A stretch of DNA of 49,656 bases. Origin: Cyanobacteria bacterium P01_D01_bin.156 (GTDB taxonomy: Bacteria; Cyanobacteriota; Cyanobacteriia; Phormidesmidales; Phormidesmidaceae). A program made the translations under genes and the position numbers. This document shows positions 1 through 8,354 of the stretch, one piece after another (the stretch's first letter is position 1; each line of letters begins with the position of its first letter). The notes beneath the pieces are model-generated. The model was not told the DNA's origin. It was given only the letters and a program-made list of their open reading frames with translations, and did no database searches. The stretch covers positions 1 to 49,656 of the forward strand of contig JBCCQQ010000048.1 in assembly GCA_039024555.1 (NCBI GenBank), in the 5' to 3' direction.

Positions 1-76
1 CAATCCAAAGGGGATGACGCGTACCTCTGGCTTTGCGGTAATCGGGAATCGTTTGTAACGCTTCTATCAGAGTCAT
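1..76 (-). CDS. ISAs1-family transposase, N-terminal fragment (partial, not in ORF track)
   Basis: Hand translation from ATG at 76: MTLIEALQTIPDYRKARGTRHPLWI, matching the typical ISAs1/DDE_Tnp_1_assoc N-terminus (L..ipD.R..rG.rhpL). Confidence 0.8.
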   Translation of the reverse strand, partial: MTLIEALQTIPDYRKARGTRHPLWI

Positions 77-141
77 CACTCAACAGTCGAGATAAGATAG
101 CTCTATTCTGCTTTTTATCCCGTCACATTGAATCAACCCTG
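1..141 (-). mobile_element. Left end of an ISAs1-family insertion sequence (continues beyond the window edge)
   Basis: Minus strand starts CAGGGTTGATTCAATG at 141, and ISAs1 TIRs typically begin CAGGG. A transposase start follows 65 bp inside. Confidence 0.75.
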
Positions 142-174
142 TGGTGAACAGAGGATCGGTTGGGGCGATGTTGA

Positions 175-1422
175 GTTTCCATTAGTTCTACTTCCTAAGA
201 AGTAATTGAGCCTCACAATAAAAAACTTCAAGGATGTATATGAGATTCCGTTTCCATTAGTTCTACTTCCTAAGAAGTAATTGAGACAAAAGTCCGCCCC
301 ACAAGCACCCCACCCCATCAGTGTTTCCATTAGTTCTACTTCCTAAGAAGTAATTGAAAGAGAACGTAGAAGCTCCAACATCAATAGTTTATAGGTTTCC
401 ATTAGTTCTACTTCCTAAGAAGTAATTGAGCAATAAGTATTATTTTTCCCGCTACATCAACACTAGGGTTTTTAGGTTTCCGTTAGTTCTACTTCCTAAG
501 AAGTAATTGAGTACACTAGCCTCAGGCACGCTCAAGGTTGCGGCTTTTGAGTTTGAGTTTCCATTAGTTCTACTTCCTAAGAAGTAATTGAGCTAAGCGG
601 TTATACCACTACACACCAGACGTGTCAGTTTCCATTAGTTCTACTTCCTAAGAAGTAATTGAGAAATTTCTAGAATAGCTTTCAGTGATGTAACTCAAGT
701 ATGTTTCCATTAGTTCTACTTCCTAAGAAGTAATTGAGTAGCTGGGGTCGCGTTTGGGGGTATCAGCGCACCTGCTGGGTTTCCATTAGTTCTACTTCCT
801 AAGAAGTAATTGAGGAATAGTCCAGCTAACGTTGGACAATCTTGGGCCTGCATGTTTCCATTAGTTCTACTTCCTAAGAAGTAATTGAGTAATAGATGCG
901 TCAAATCGCTTCATTGCGTATCCCTGGTTTCCATTAGTTCTACTTCCTAAGAAGTAATTGAGTGGGTTTACGGACCCTGCTAATGATGACTTTACGACGT
1001 TTCCATTAGTTCTACTTCCTAAGAAGTAATTGAGTTCAGCCATTTCATAAATCTGCTTCCACCCTTTAGCCGTCCCAGTTTCCATTAGTTCTACTTCCTA
1101 AGAAGTAATTGAGAAATTATCAGTTTAAGTGCTTCCGTTAGAGCGTTAAGTTTCCATTAGTTCTACTTCCTAAGAAGTAATTGAGCGAACAGATCCACAC
1201 CCCTGGTAATGAGCCTACCTACGTCATCAGGTTTCCATTAGTTCTACTTCCTAAGAAGTAATTGAGACAAAACTGCTTGAGGGTTGCGATCCAAGGTTAG
1301 CTGGCTGCGTTTCCATTAGTTCTACTTCCTAAGAAGTAATTGAGGTGCAGTCTTCCGATCACTTCCCCAAGACAAACTAACAAGAGGTTTCCATTAGTTC
1401 TACTTCCTAAGAAGTAATTGAG
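175..1422 (-). CRISPR. CRISPR array, 17 repeats of 36 bp and 16 spacers of 35-45 bp, probably type III-associated
   Basis: Plus-strand repeat GTTTCCATTAGTTCTACTTCCTAAGAAGTAATTGAG starts at 175, 250, 323, 395, 476, 557, 628, 703, 779, 854, 927, 999, 1078, 1150, 1231, 1309 and 1387. The minus-strand form has a TACTTC-TTAG-GAAGTA hairpin and ends ATGGAAAC. Single-base variants occur only in the repeats at 323 and 476 (trailer side). The type assignment is inferred from repeat shape and variable spacer length. Confidence 0.98.
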
Positions 1423-1610
1423 TCCCTGCACCTAAAGCACTTGAACCGCAGCTATTCTATCGCATGAATTCGAGGGATACCATCTTTTCCTAGCAAGCAT
1501 CAGCACTATCCATATCAATAATCACTACATACAAGACATATCAAGCATTCGAGCGATCCAACGTAAACCCAAGCTTTCCTCGTCCTAATATCCTCCCTCA
1601 TCTATCTTTT
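1423..1610 (-). promoter_or_regulatory. CRISPR leader
   Basis: Non-coding. The minus strand has two related motifs (GGATCGCTCGAA, GTATCCCTCGAA) and a TAGAAT -10-like box about 30-35 nt before the first repeat, resembling cyanobacterial leaders. Confidence 0.7.
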
Positions 1611-2411
1611 CTAAAAACTAAAACATAGCTGCAACTTCCGCGATTTTCGCTGCACATCTGGCAACGGTTCCGGTGTAGCCTCCACCGCTGAACAATACTT
1701 CGCATACCCACATTGCCCACACTGCTCTCCACAGCGCGGCTGCCAGTCTTCCTGATCCAACAACCGTAGGGCCAGCTCACCTACCATCGCTTCCAACTGT
1801 CGCCGATGGTCATAGGTCACCTCATAGGTCACTCGCTCTCCCGTGCGTAAAAACAATAAACTCATGCGCCTCAACAACTTTCCATACCGCTGCTCCAACG
1901 CCAAACTGTATAACCCCAGCTGCAGGTCTACAACATCAGCCCCAGGTAATTTCGGATTCTTCGCCGACTTGTAATCCATCAGCTCCAAACCATCCTCTAA
2001 ACTATCCAATCGGTCATACCGCCCCGTTAGCTTAAACTCCAACCCATTAACTGGTAGCAATCCTTGAATACGTCCCTCTGTTGCTAATGGACGCTGCATC
2101 ACTCCTAACGGAACAATCTCAGTCTCAAAATATCGCTGCAGAATCTGCCAGCCCTCATCTACCTGGGCCGCTGTCAATGCACCCAGCTGATTCTCCCAGC
2201 AATACCGCAGCCACTCTTCCGACGGTAGCGGCTCCTGATAATGCCAATCTTGATACAGCTGCGCCAACGCACCATGGAGTGCCGTACCCAAAACCGCCGC
2301 ACCAAACACCGAACGCTGTTTCAGACCATACTCATACCGGTAGTAATACGCCCTAGGACACTGGGCATAGGATTTTAGTTTAGTTGCTGAGAGAAGATAG
2401 GCCATAGCCAA
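1611..2411 (-). CDS. PD-(D/E)XK (RecB/AddB/Cas4-like) nuclease with predicted 4Fe-4S cluster
   Basis: LSATKLKSYAQCPR; GTALHGAL; E..GRYDRLD..LMDYKS; LQLGLY; C-terminal CGQCGYAKYC. Confidence 0.9.
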   Translation of the reverse strand: MAMAYLLSATKLKSYAQCPRAYYYRYEYGLKQRSVFGAAVLGTALHGALAQLYQDWHYQEPLPSEEWLRYCWENQLGALTAAQVDEGWQILQRYFETEIVPLGVMQRPLATEGRIQGLLPVNGLEFKLTGRYDRLDSLEDGLELMDYKSAKNPKLPGADVVDLQLGLYSLALEQRYGKLLRRMSLLFLRTGERVTYEVTYDHRRQLEAMVGELALRLLDQEDWQPRCGEQCGQCGYAKYCSAVEATPEPLPDVQRKSRKLQLCFSF

Positions 2412-2770
2412 CAGTTTACCGCTGACTTTCGGCTACAGCACATAGCTTTATTAAGTTGTCATACGATGGCCAAATCAGAAAATGATATCGGGTCAGTAGG
2501 GTTTTTAACGTTGCTGATCCTCGGGAGGACTATATCTGCCAAATTCACACAACAATCAGTTCTACAGATCGTTTCATCTTGTAAACCAGCAACGGTATTT
2601 TTTTAGTTGCCGAGGGTATGATAAATCTTGATGTTATTGACACTGCAATCCTGTTATTTACGAAACAGCTCGACCATTGTCAAACCATCTTTAATCTCTA
2701 ATTCTACAAGTCTCAGCTGTTGGCTGGGACTTTTTTATGACAGCATTATCAATCGAGCACTTGAAATACA

Positions 2771-3262
2771 TCACCGCTCTATGGCCCGAATAGCCAAATA
2801 TCGTCCTGGAACAATGCCTAGGCTTGTCGCTTGCCCCCCATTTAGTTCCAGCACCTGATCCACAGCCTGGCTCACACCATACACCGGACACGGCTCTCTC
2901 TTACAGGGTGGCAATTCAGACAATACCAGCTCCACACGTCCCTCCTTTAGAAAAACCGCATCAATCGGAAACTGAACATCCTTCATCCACACCACCTGCG
3001 CCTGGGGTCGGGGTAAGTCAAATAACATCCCCCGGTTGGCCGGTAGCGACTCTCGAAACATTAACCCGGTCATCTGTTCTTCAGCTGTTGCAGCCACTTC
3101 TAAATCCAAGGTCGTGCCGTTAATCACCACCTGGGCCGTTACAGGCAAGTGCTGTGCTGCAACAGGAGTATTTTCAGGCGCAGATTGGATCAGTTTGGCT
3201 GTCAGCACGAGCCCTAGAGAACCCACTGCCAACAGTCCCCACATCCATTTTCGTTTAGCCAT
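2771..3262 (-). CDS. DUF192 family exported protein
   Basis: N-terminal hydrophobic segment; LEVAAT..GLMFRESL..GMLF, WMKDVQFPID and VLELNGG motifs. Confidence 0.9.
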   Translation of the reverse strand: MAKRKWMWGLLAVGSLGLVLTAKLIQSAPENTPVAAQHLPVTAQVVINGTTLDLEVAATAEEQMTGLMFRESLPANRGMLFDLPRPQAQVVWMKDVQFPIDAVFLKEGRVELVLSELPPCKREPCPVYGVSQAVDQVLELNGGQATSLGIVPGRYLAIRAIER

Positions 3263-3319
3263 ATCACCTAACTCTTTTCTAACATTGCTATTGATGTATC
3301 CATGGCCTGATTGGCAGCA

Positions 3320-4174
3320 TTAACCCGGTTGAGCAGATTTCTTAACAGAGGATGCCTCAGGATCACTAGCAACCGGTTTTCTGGCCAAAATCTTATCCGG
3401 TCCACTGTGAAAAATCTGGGTTTGTTCTAATGCGGCAAAGCCCTGTTTCAAAAATCCTTGGATTCGTCCCTGGGTCAAAATATCATCGGTTTCTGCGGCA
3501 TTGGCCAGTTCACCAAATGTTTGCTGGGCGCGACGCACCTGAGAGATCAGCAGCTTATCCATCCATGGAAATTCAATGATCTCAATGGTTCCATCCTGCT
3601 GCCATTGCCCCATCTCAGGCCATGCTTCTAACACGCTCCAATGGACGGGTTTGGTTAACCCCATATTCTTGACAAAGATATGGCGAATCTCTGGAAACTC
3701 TTTCACCGACTTGGAAAATAAATCTAATGTAGATGGGTCGCCATCACTCACCCACCATTTAATAAACTGAATCCCGTGGCTTTCGGCCAGGGCCAGCACA
3801 TTATAGTCACTAAACCAGGCCTTCAAAGACAGTTCTGAACGAGCCGGTAAGTCAACAATCACGATTTTGCCCTCTTTTTGGGCAGAGACAAAGATGGTAT
3901 TGAGTTGAGATCGCATATCTCGGTCATCGGATACCACAATCTCCAAGGCATCTGCATAGGCTTCACTCAGCGTTGGGTTTGTCATATCTCCATCAATCGG
4001 CTGAATCGACTGTTGTTTAGAGCGGCAGTAATCCACTAGCATGGCCGACACCATCGACTTACCCGTCCCCCCTTTATCGCCACTGACTAAATGAATATAC
4101 GGACCCTTTGGGTTTGAAGCATCGGTCTTTTTCGGCTTAGAACTACTCATTCGAGTCCTCCTAAATTGAAACAA
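3320..4174 (-). CDS. ParA/MinD-like P-loop ATPase (StbB/TraL/MobD-like)
   Basis: Deviant Walker A GDKGGTGKS, IDGD and IVDLPA motifs; adjacent to the relaxase; true start may be at 4150 (MSSSK). Confidence 0.8.
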   Translation of the reverse strand: MFQFRRTRMSSSKPKKTDASNPKGPYIHLVSGDKGGTGKSMVSAMLVDYCRSKQQSIQPIDGDMTNPTLSEAYADALEIVVSDDRDMRSQLNTIFVSAQKEGKIVIVDLPARSELSLKAWFSDYNVLALAESHGIQFIKWWVSDGDPSTLDLFSKSVKEFPEIRHIFVKNMGLTKPVHWSVLEAWPEMGQWQQDGTIEIIEFPWMDKLLISQVRRAQQTFGELANAAETDDILTQGRIQGFLKQGFAALEQTQIFHSGPDKILARKPVASDPEASSVKKSAQPG

Positions 4175-4207
4175 TTAATCGTGACAACGCAGTGTTTTCG
4201 TAAAAGC

Positions 4208-4663
4208 TTATTCACCCCGTCGACGCATCCCTAGCTCTGCTCGTCGTTGCGCAAACATGCGCTTTGCCAACGCTTGTTGTGCCTTCAGCTCTGCATCAGT
4301 AATATTCAATAACGACTGTGTAGGAGCCTCATCCACAGCAACAGACTCCTCAACAGGCTGGATTGGAATCGTCTCTGGTCTCGAATTAGCGAGATCAGTT
4401 GCTGACTGGAATGCTCCAGGGCTGTCAGATCGTTGACGTCGCTCCTGGTAGTAATACGTCCGAAATGTTGTCACCGTACATGTTAAATCTCCACCACGCA
4501 CTAACGCGCCATGGATCGCACTAAGTGAATATCCTCGTTTTCGATAGGCCTCAATGTCTGGGAAAATTTCGCTCACAACCGTTCGTTCCGACAGCCTATT
4601 GCCGGAACTGTTGTGGCTAGATTCTCCCAAAAAAGTTTCTAGAGACTCCTTTGCATGAGTCAT
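4208..4663 (-). CDS. Putative DNA-binding protein (StbA/TraK-like)
   Basis: Helical N-terminal domain (IEAYRKRGYSLSAIHGAL..TFRTYY); first gene of the operon, immediately before the ATPase. Confidence 0.55.
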   Translation of the reverse strand: MTHAKESLETFLGESSHNSSGNRLSERTVVSEIFPDIEAYRKRGYSLSAIHGALVRGGDLTCTVTTFRTYYYQERRQRSDSPGAFQSATDLANSRPETIPIQPVEESVAVDEAPTQSLLNITDAELKAQQALAKRMFAQRRAELGMRRRGE

Positions 4664-4802
4664 GCTGAACGATTACTGCTGTGGAAACTAAGTCGTCTTG
4701 AACTAACTGATGACAAAACACACAACCGATTAGCCACTACCATAACAACACAACGGTTGATTTTATTAATCAACAACGTCTTTCTTTAGATTCTCTATCC
4801 CA

Positions 4803-5001
4803 TCTACAAAGACTCTACGCTGATTCAACAAGGATATCTACAGAGAGTCTACGTTGATTCAACAGTGCATCAACAACAATCATCATTGAATCAATAGTGA
4901 TATCGATAAAGACTCTACATGCATATCCCCATAGGACTCTACATAAAGTCAACATCGATCTCCACAGTATATCCACACAGCCAATCTACACCGGTATCTA
5001 C
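4803..5001 (+). repeat. Phased array of about 18 TC(T/A/C)AC pentamers at 10-13 bp spacing (centromere/iteron-like)
   Basis: Motif starts at 4803, 4814, 4825, 4837, 4848, 4859, 4870, 4880, 4891, 4903, 4914, 4926, 4938, 4949, 4961, 4972, 4985 and 4997; four of these are degenerate. Confidence 0.8.
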
Positions 5002-5073
5002 ACCTGAAATTTACGCCCACACAGAGGCCAACATATTGACATTTGTAAATTCTCTGTTGTCACGAACAATATC

Positions 5074-6792
5074 ATGCTCTCCATTGCATCCGTCACTGCA
5101 CACCACGCTGCACACTATTACAGCTCAGACGATATCCATGCAGAGGCTGGCCCCAAGAGTCAGTGGCAGGGAAAAGCGGCCCAAGCGCTAGAGCTAGATG
5201 GTTCAGTGGATGCTGACACCTTTAAAGGTCTGTTATGGGGGCACACTCCCGACCACAGACCTCTCCAAAAAGTATTCAAAATCGGCCACACACCTGGCAT
5301 TGATCTCACCTTCAGTGCGCCAAAGTCCATTAGCTTAGCAACCCTCTGGGGAGGCATTCAGACATTACAACAGGCTCATCATCAGGCTATTCGAGCCGCT
5401 CTTCACCTCATTGAATTATCCAGCGGTACTCGATTCTGGCATGGCAGCACGACCCACCAGCATCGATTTACGCAAACTGGCAATCTTCTCATTGCTCAGT
5501 TTTTTCACACCACCAGCCGTGCCCAAGATCCTCAGCTTCATACCCACAACGTTGTTCTAAACACCACCCACACGGGTCAGGATTGGCGTGCTCTCGATAC
5601 CCGTACCTTGTTCAAACATCGCAAACTTTGGCAAACGGTTTACCATCAAGACCTGGCTATCCATGTTCAACAACTAGGCTATAACGTCACTCGTCATCAA
5701 GGACATTTAGAGCTAGCGGGCTATACTGCAGAACAGCTCGACTACTGGTCCAAACGACGACAGCATATTCTGCAGGCGGTTGGCCCCCATGCCTCACGCA
5801 GCCAAAAGCAACGGGCCTGCCTGCAAACCCGACCTAAAAAACAAGGGGGCTATTCCCTAGCCAACCTGCGAGACCGATGGGATGCTGAAAATCAGCGCAT
5901 GGGATTCGGGGTGAATCATCCGGTACCTGGAGTTTCCAAAGTTCCTGATGTTTGCGATCGCATTGCCGCGGCTAGAGATGCATTGGAACACCTCACCGGT
6001 TCTCTTGGTCTGACCGATAGCGTAGATACGCTGACGCTGATTCAAACCGTCTTTGGTGATGATGGTTGGGGCAATCTAGAGCACTCCTTCGGCTATCAAG
6101 ACCTGGCTCAGGCCATTACTGAGGCAACCGAAGAAGGTCATCTCTACAGCAATAATGGTCAGTTAAGCCGGTCTGCAAAGAGTGCGATATCAACCTCTCA
6201 AAAACTAACCGAAGTCCAGACCACACCCTATCCCTACATAGATGCTGTCGGACAATTTACCCAGGCCATTGCCCACAATACACAAGCACTGCTCATTGCC
6301 CCCGTCGAACATCATAGAAGACTTACCCAAGCCGTTCGGCAACGGCTTAACCAATTGGGCACTTTGCATTCTCCCCACATTGCACGTCAACAAGGAGCAA
6401 ATAAAACCACTGACGTGACAATTTATGGGGGAGATCGGCTATGGGTGCCAGGACGCGCTGGTCCTGTTCTAGTTCAGGTACAAGCCACGGATACTCCAGG
6501 ATTCGTTTATCTCAAACATCGCAATGGTAAGGTCACCGAGTGGAATCTTAGTACGCCCAGAGCGTTTAAATTTGCCTGGGTGCAGCCACCCCATCGACTC
6601 CCCAAACACCGAATCGATGAGATCCACCTTGTTGGGGAGATTCGTGATGACCAACTCCAAAAACTCAGCCAAAAAAGTCGCGCTCCCATCACGGTCTATC
6701 GACCTGAAAAAGAGCGCGACGTTCTGACTCAGCCAAAACACACTGCATTTACCATTCCAAATCTGGATCTGGGTCCGGAGAAGGAGCGATGA
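5074..6792 (+). CDS. MOBF (TrwC/TraI-like) relaxase with degenerate, truncated helicase region
   Basis: AAHYY, WQGKAA, DLTFSAPKSIS, HTTSRAQDPQLHTH (HUH), WSKRR. Confidence 0.93.
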   Translation: MLSIASVTAHHAAHYYSSDDIHAEAGPKSQWQGKAAQALELDGSVDADTFKGLLWGHTPDHRPLQKVFKIGHTPGIDLTFSAPKSISLATLWGGIQTLQQAHHQAIRAALHLIELSSGTRFWHGSTTHQHRFTQTGNLLIAQFFHTTSRAQDPQLHTHNVVLNTTHTGQDWRALDTRTLFKHRKLWQTVYHQDLAIHVQQLGYNVTRHQGHLELAGYTAEQLDYWSKRRQHILQAVGPHASRSQKQRACLQTRPKKQGGYSLANLRDRWDAENQRMGFGVNHPVPGVSKVPDVCDRIAAARDALEHLTGSLGLTDSVDTLTLIQTVFGDDGWGNLEHSFGYQDLAQAITEATEEGHLYSNNGQLSRSAKSAISTSQKLTEVQTTPYPYIDAVGQFTQAIAHNTQALLIAPVEHHRRLTQAVRQRLNQLGTLHSPHIARQQGANKTTDVTIYGGDRLWVPGRAGPVLVQVQATDTPGFVYLKHRNGKVTEWNLSTPRAFKFAWVQPPHRLPKHRIDEIHLVGEIRDDQLQKLSQKSRAPITVYRPEKERDVLTQPKHTAFTIPNLDLGPEKER

Positions 6793-7432
6793 TGCGGGCT
6801 AGCCGCTGGGTCAGCGACTGCCACTCAACAGGTGTTATGTCACAACAGAGAACCTGTTGACCGTCATGTTCATACACCGTTGTTCCATCGGCCCGTGCCA
6901 GCAACAGGCGACCATCCGTTACCGTTAAGGTCAACAAAACACTGGGGTCCGATGGCCAATGGTCTAAATGGGCAAGTACCTGATTCATCAGCTGCTGAGC
7001 AGCCATCATGGTATCCACAGACGTTAGCTGCGATGACAAATAGTCGTCATCCGCTGGGTGCAGACGATTATGCATAATTATCTCGCCTGCTTGGCGATAC
7101 AACAGCTGACCGTCCAGAGTGGTTAGGGTGATGCTTTTTCCAGGGATAGCGTCTAGAACATAGCGTGGCGTGTCAGATACAGGTAAATGCGGCCACGCGT
7201 TCACCAGTCGTTGCATTAAGTCCCTGGCTTGCGTATCTGATATAGGCGGTGTCTCATGGAGACGGTCATCTGCATGGGCGCAAAAGGCCCGAATGCTGGT
7301 AATTTCCAATCCTTGCTGCCGAGCAGCTGCAACATCAGCTTCGGTTAAATCAAAGTGAGCACTCGATTCCACAATGGGAATTTCCTGCACACCTTTAACA
7401 GAGTCATCTGGCCAGGGGTGAGCTGATGTCAT
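6749..7432 (-). CDS. Hypothetical protein with two copies of a ~55-aa module
   Basis: 227-aa ORF directly downstream of the RHH gene; internal repeat LTTLDGQLLY / LARADGTTVY. Confidence 0.65.
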   Translation of the reverse strand: MTSAHPWPDDSVKGVQEIPIVESSAHFDLTEADVAAARQQGLEITSIRAFCAHADDRLHETPPISDTQARDLMQRLVNAWPHLPVSDTPRYVLDAIPGKSITLTTLDGQLLYRQAGEIIMHNRLHPADDDYLSSQLTSVDTMMAAQQLMNQVLAHLDHWPSDPSVLLTLTVTDGRLLLARADGTTVYEHDGQQVLCCDITPVEWQSLTQRLARIIAPSPDPDPDLEW

Positions 7433-7438
7433 CTCGGA

Positions 7439-7819
7439 TTAATCTCGGTCGGCGTCATTAAGCGCTGTATAGGCAGCAATACCTTTCATGAGCAGATGAA
7501 TCAGCATCTGGTCTGGGGACCGATGGCTGGACTGGGCCAACTGATCAATTTGGTCCATGGGCAATGATTTAAACACGCTGTTCATCCGTTCCAAGTTCTC
7601 CACTAACTGCACTGAAAAGACAGGTGGCTGAGATAATAGATGCTCTAATGCATCATTGACATAGTCTCTTAATGTATTCCCTGAGCGAGATGCCTGCTCC
7701 TTTAAGCTCAAGAGCATGTCAGCATCTCGCAAATCCACATACAGTCGAGGTCTTTCAGGCAAAAGCACATCGGTCTTATCAGAATCTGGCAATTTGAGAG
7801 GAATCGAACGATTGGTCAT
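7439..7819 (-). CDS. Tandem ribbon-helix-helix DNA-binding protein (relaxosome accessory or regulator)
   Basis: AAGGAG RBS before ATG at 7819; RLYVDL..LLSLKEQASRSGNTLRDYVNDAL, plus a second RHH-like unit IDQLAQSSHRSPDQMLIHLL. Confidence 0.65.
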   Translation of the reverse strand: MTNRSIPLKLPDSDKTDVLLPERPRLYVDLRDADMLLSLKEQASRSGNTLRDYVNDALEHLLSQPPVFSVQLVENLERMNSVFKSLPMDQIDQLAQSSHRSPDQMLIHLLMKGIAAYTALNDADRD

Positions 7820-7857
7820 AGGTTCTCCTTGATTTTTGACAAGTAGAAACACCCTGA

Positions 7858-7903
7858 CCCCAACTCATTAACGCACTTACCACAACTATGGTTGTTATAA
7901 GTG
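7858..7903 (-). other. Candidate oriT/nic region
   Basis: Imperfect inverted repeat CACTTA-TA-ACAAC-CATA-GTTGT-GG-TAAGTG followed directly by CGTTAATGAGT, similar to the MOBF IR + TGCGTnnnGTnT layout. Confidence 0.4.
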
Positions 7904-8076
7904 GACAGGTGAAGCTATTAAATTCTTGCTGTATAACCGTTGCCATCGTCAGCTACAAAGGAAACACTGACTCAGCCCTAGACGAAATAGGAAACATTCA
8001 CATGTATTTTATAGTAACCGCTTTTTAATCCCAGTGGTGTTCGACATGCCATCATGAATTTTCTTGAATTTTCGCT

Positions 8077-8179
8077 TGGTGGACAGCTCCCACCAAAACC
8101 CATAAAAATGGTGGGCAACTCCCACTAAAACTAATAAATAGGGTGGGCCGCTCCCACCAAAATCACTAGACATGGTGGG
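8077..8179. repeat. Three 19-bp palindromes plus a half-site at exact 32-bp period
   Basis: TGGTGGACAGCTCCCACCA (8077), TGGTGGGCAACTCCCACTA (8109), GGGTGGGCCGCTCCCACCA (8141), TGGTGGG (8173), separated by 13-bp A-rich linkers. Confidence 0.85.
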
Positions 8180-8354
8180 AGTATGTCTCCAAATCTGTTC
8201 TAACTCCACGGCAGCTCTATTCAAAATTCTAGCCTCCATACGCTTTGCAAAAAGAACATAAAATCTCTTTGCAAAAAAGACGTAATTCAGAGCCATTTAC
8301 AGCTAAGAGACTTTTTTCTAGGATGAGGCTGATTCATCTCAGAGGAAATCTTCT

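Noticed and set aside
97..132. Possible degenerate terminal CRISPR repeat ending ATTGAA
   Set aside because: Only about 5 matching bases, and they lie within the ISAs1 end.
133..1085. ORFs 133-330, 716-904 and 867-1085 with repeated LNYFLGSRTNGN
   Set aside because: They are translations of CRISPR repeats and spacers, not genes.
211..1386. Apparent coding-strand bias of spacers as evidence for array type or orientation
   Set aside because: Most spacers read as plausible peptides on both strands; this cannot be decided without protospacer hits.
211..1386. Self-targeting of spacers within the window
   Set aside because: No match was noticed by eye; an exhaustive alignment was not possible.
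4969..4977. DnaA-box-like ATATCCACA suggesting a replication origin
   Set aside because: Single mismatched copy that is part of the pentamer array; no rep gene in the window.
4919..5191. 90-aa ORF overlapping the relaxase start
   Set aside because: It runs through the phased repeat array and overlaps the relaxase out of frame; low-complexity product.
8009..8296. 95-aa minus-strand ORF
   Set aside because: It spans the palindrome array and promoter region and has no recognisable protein features.
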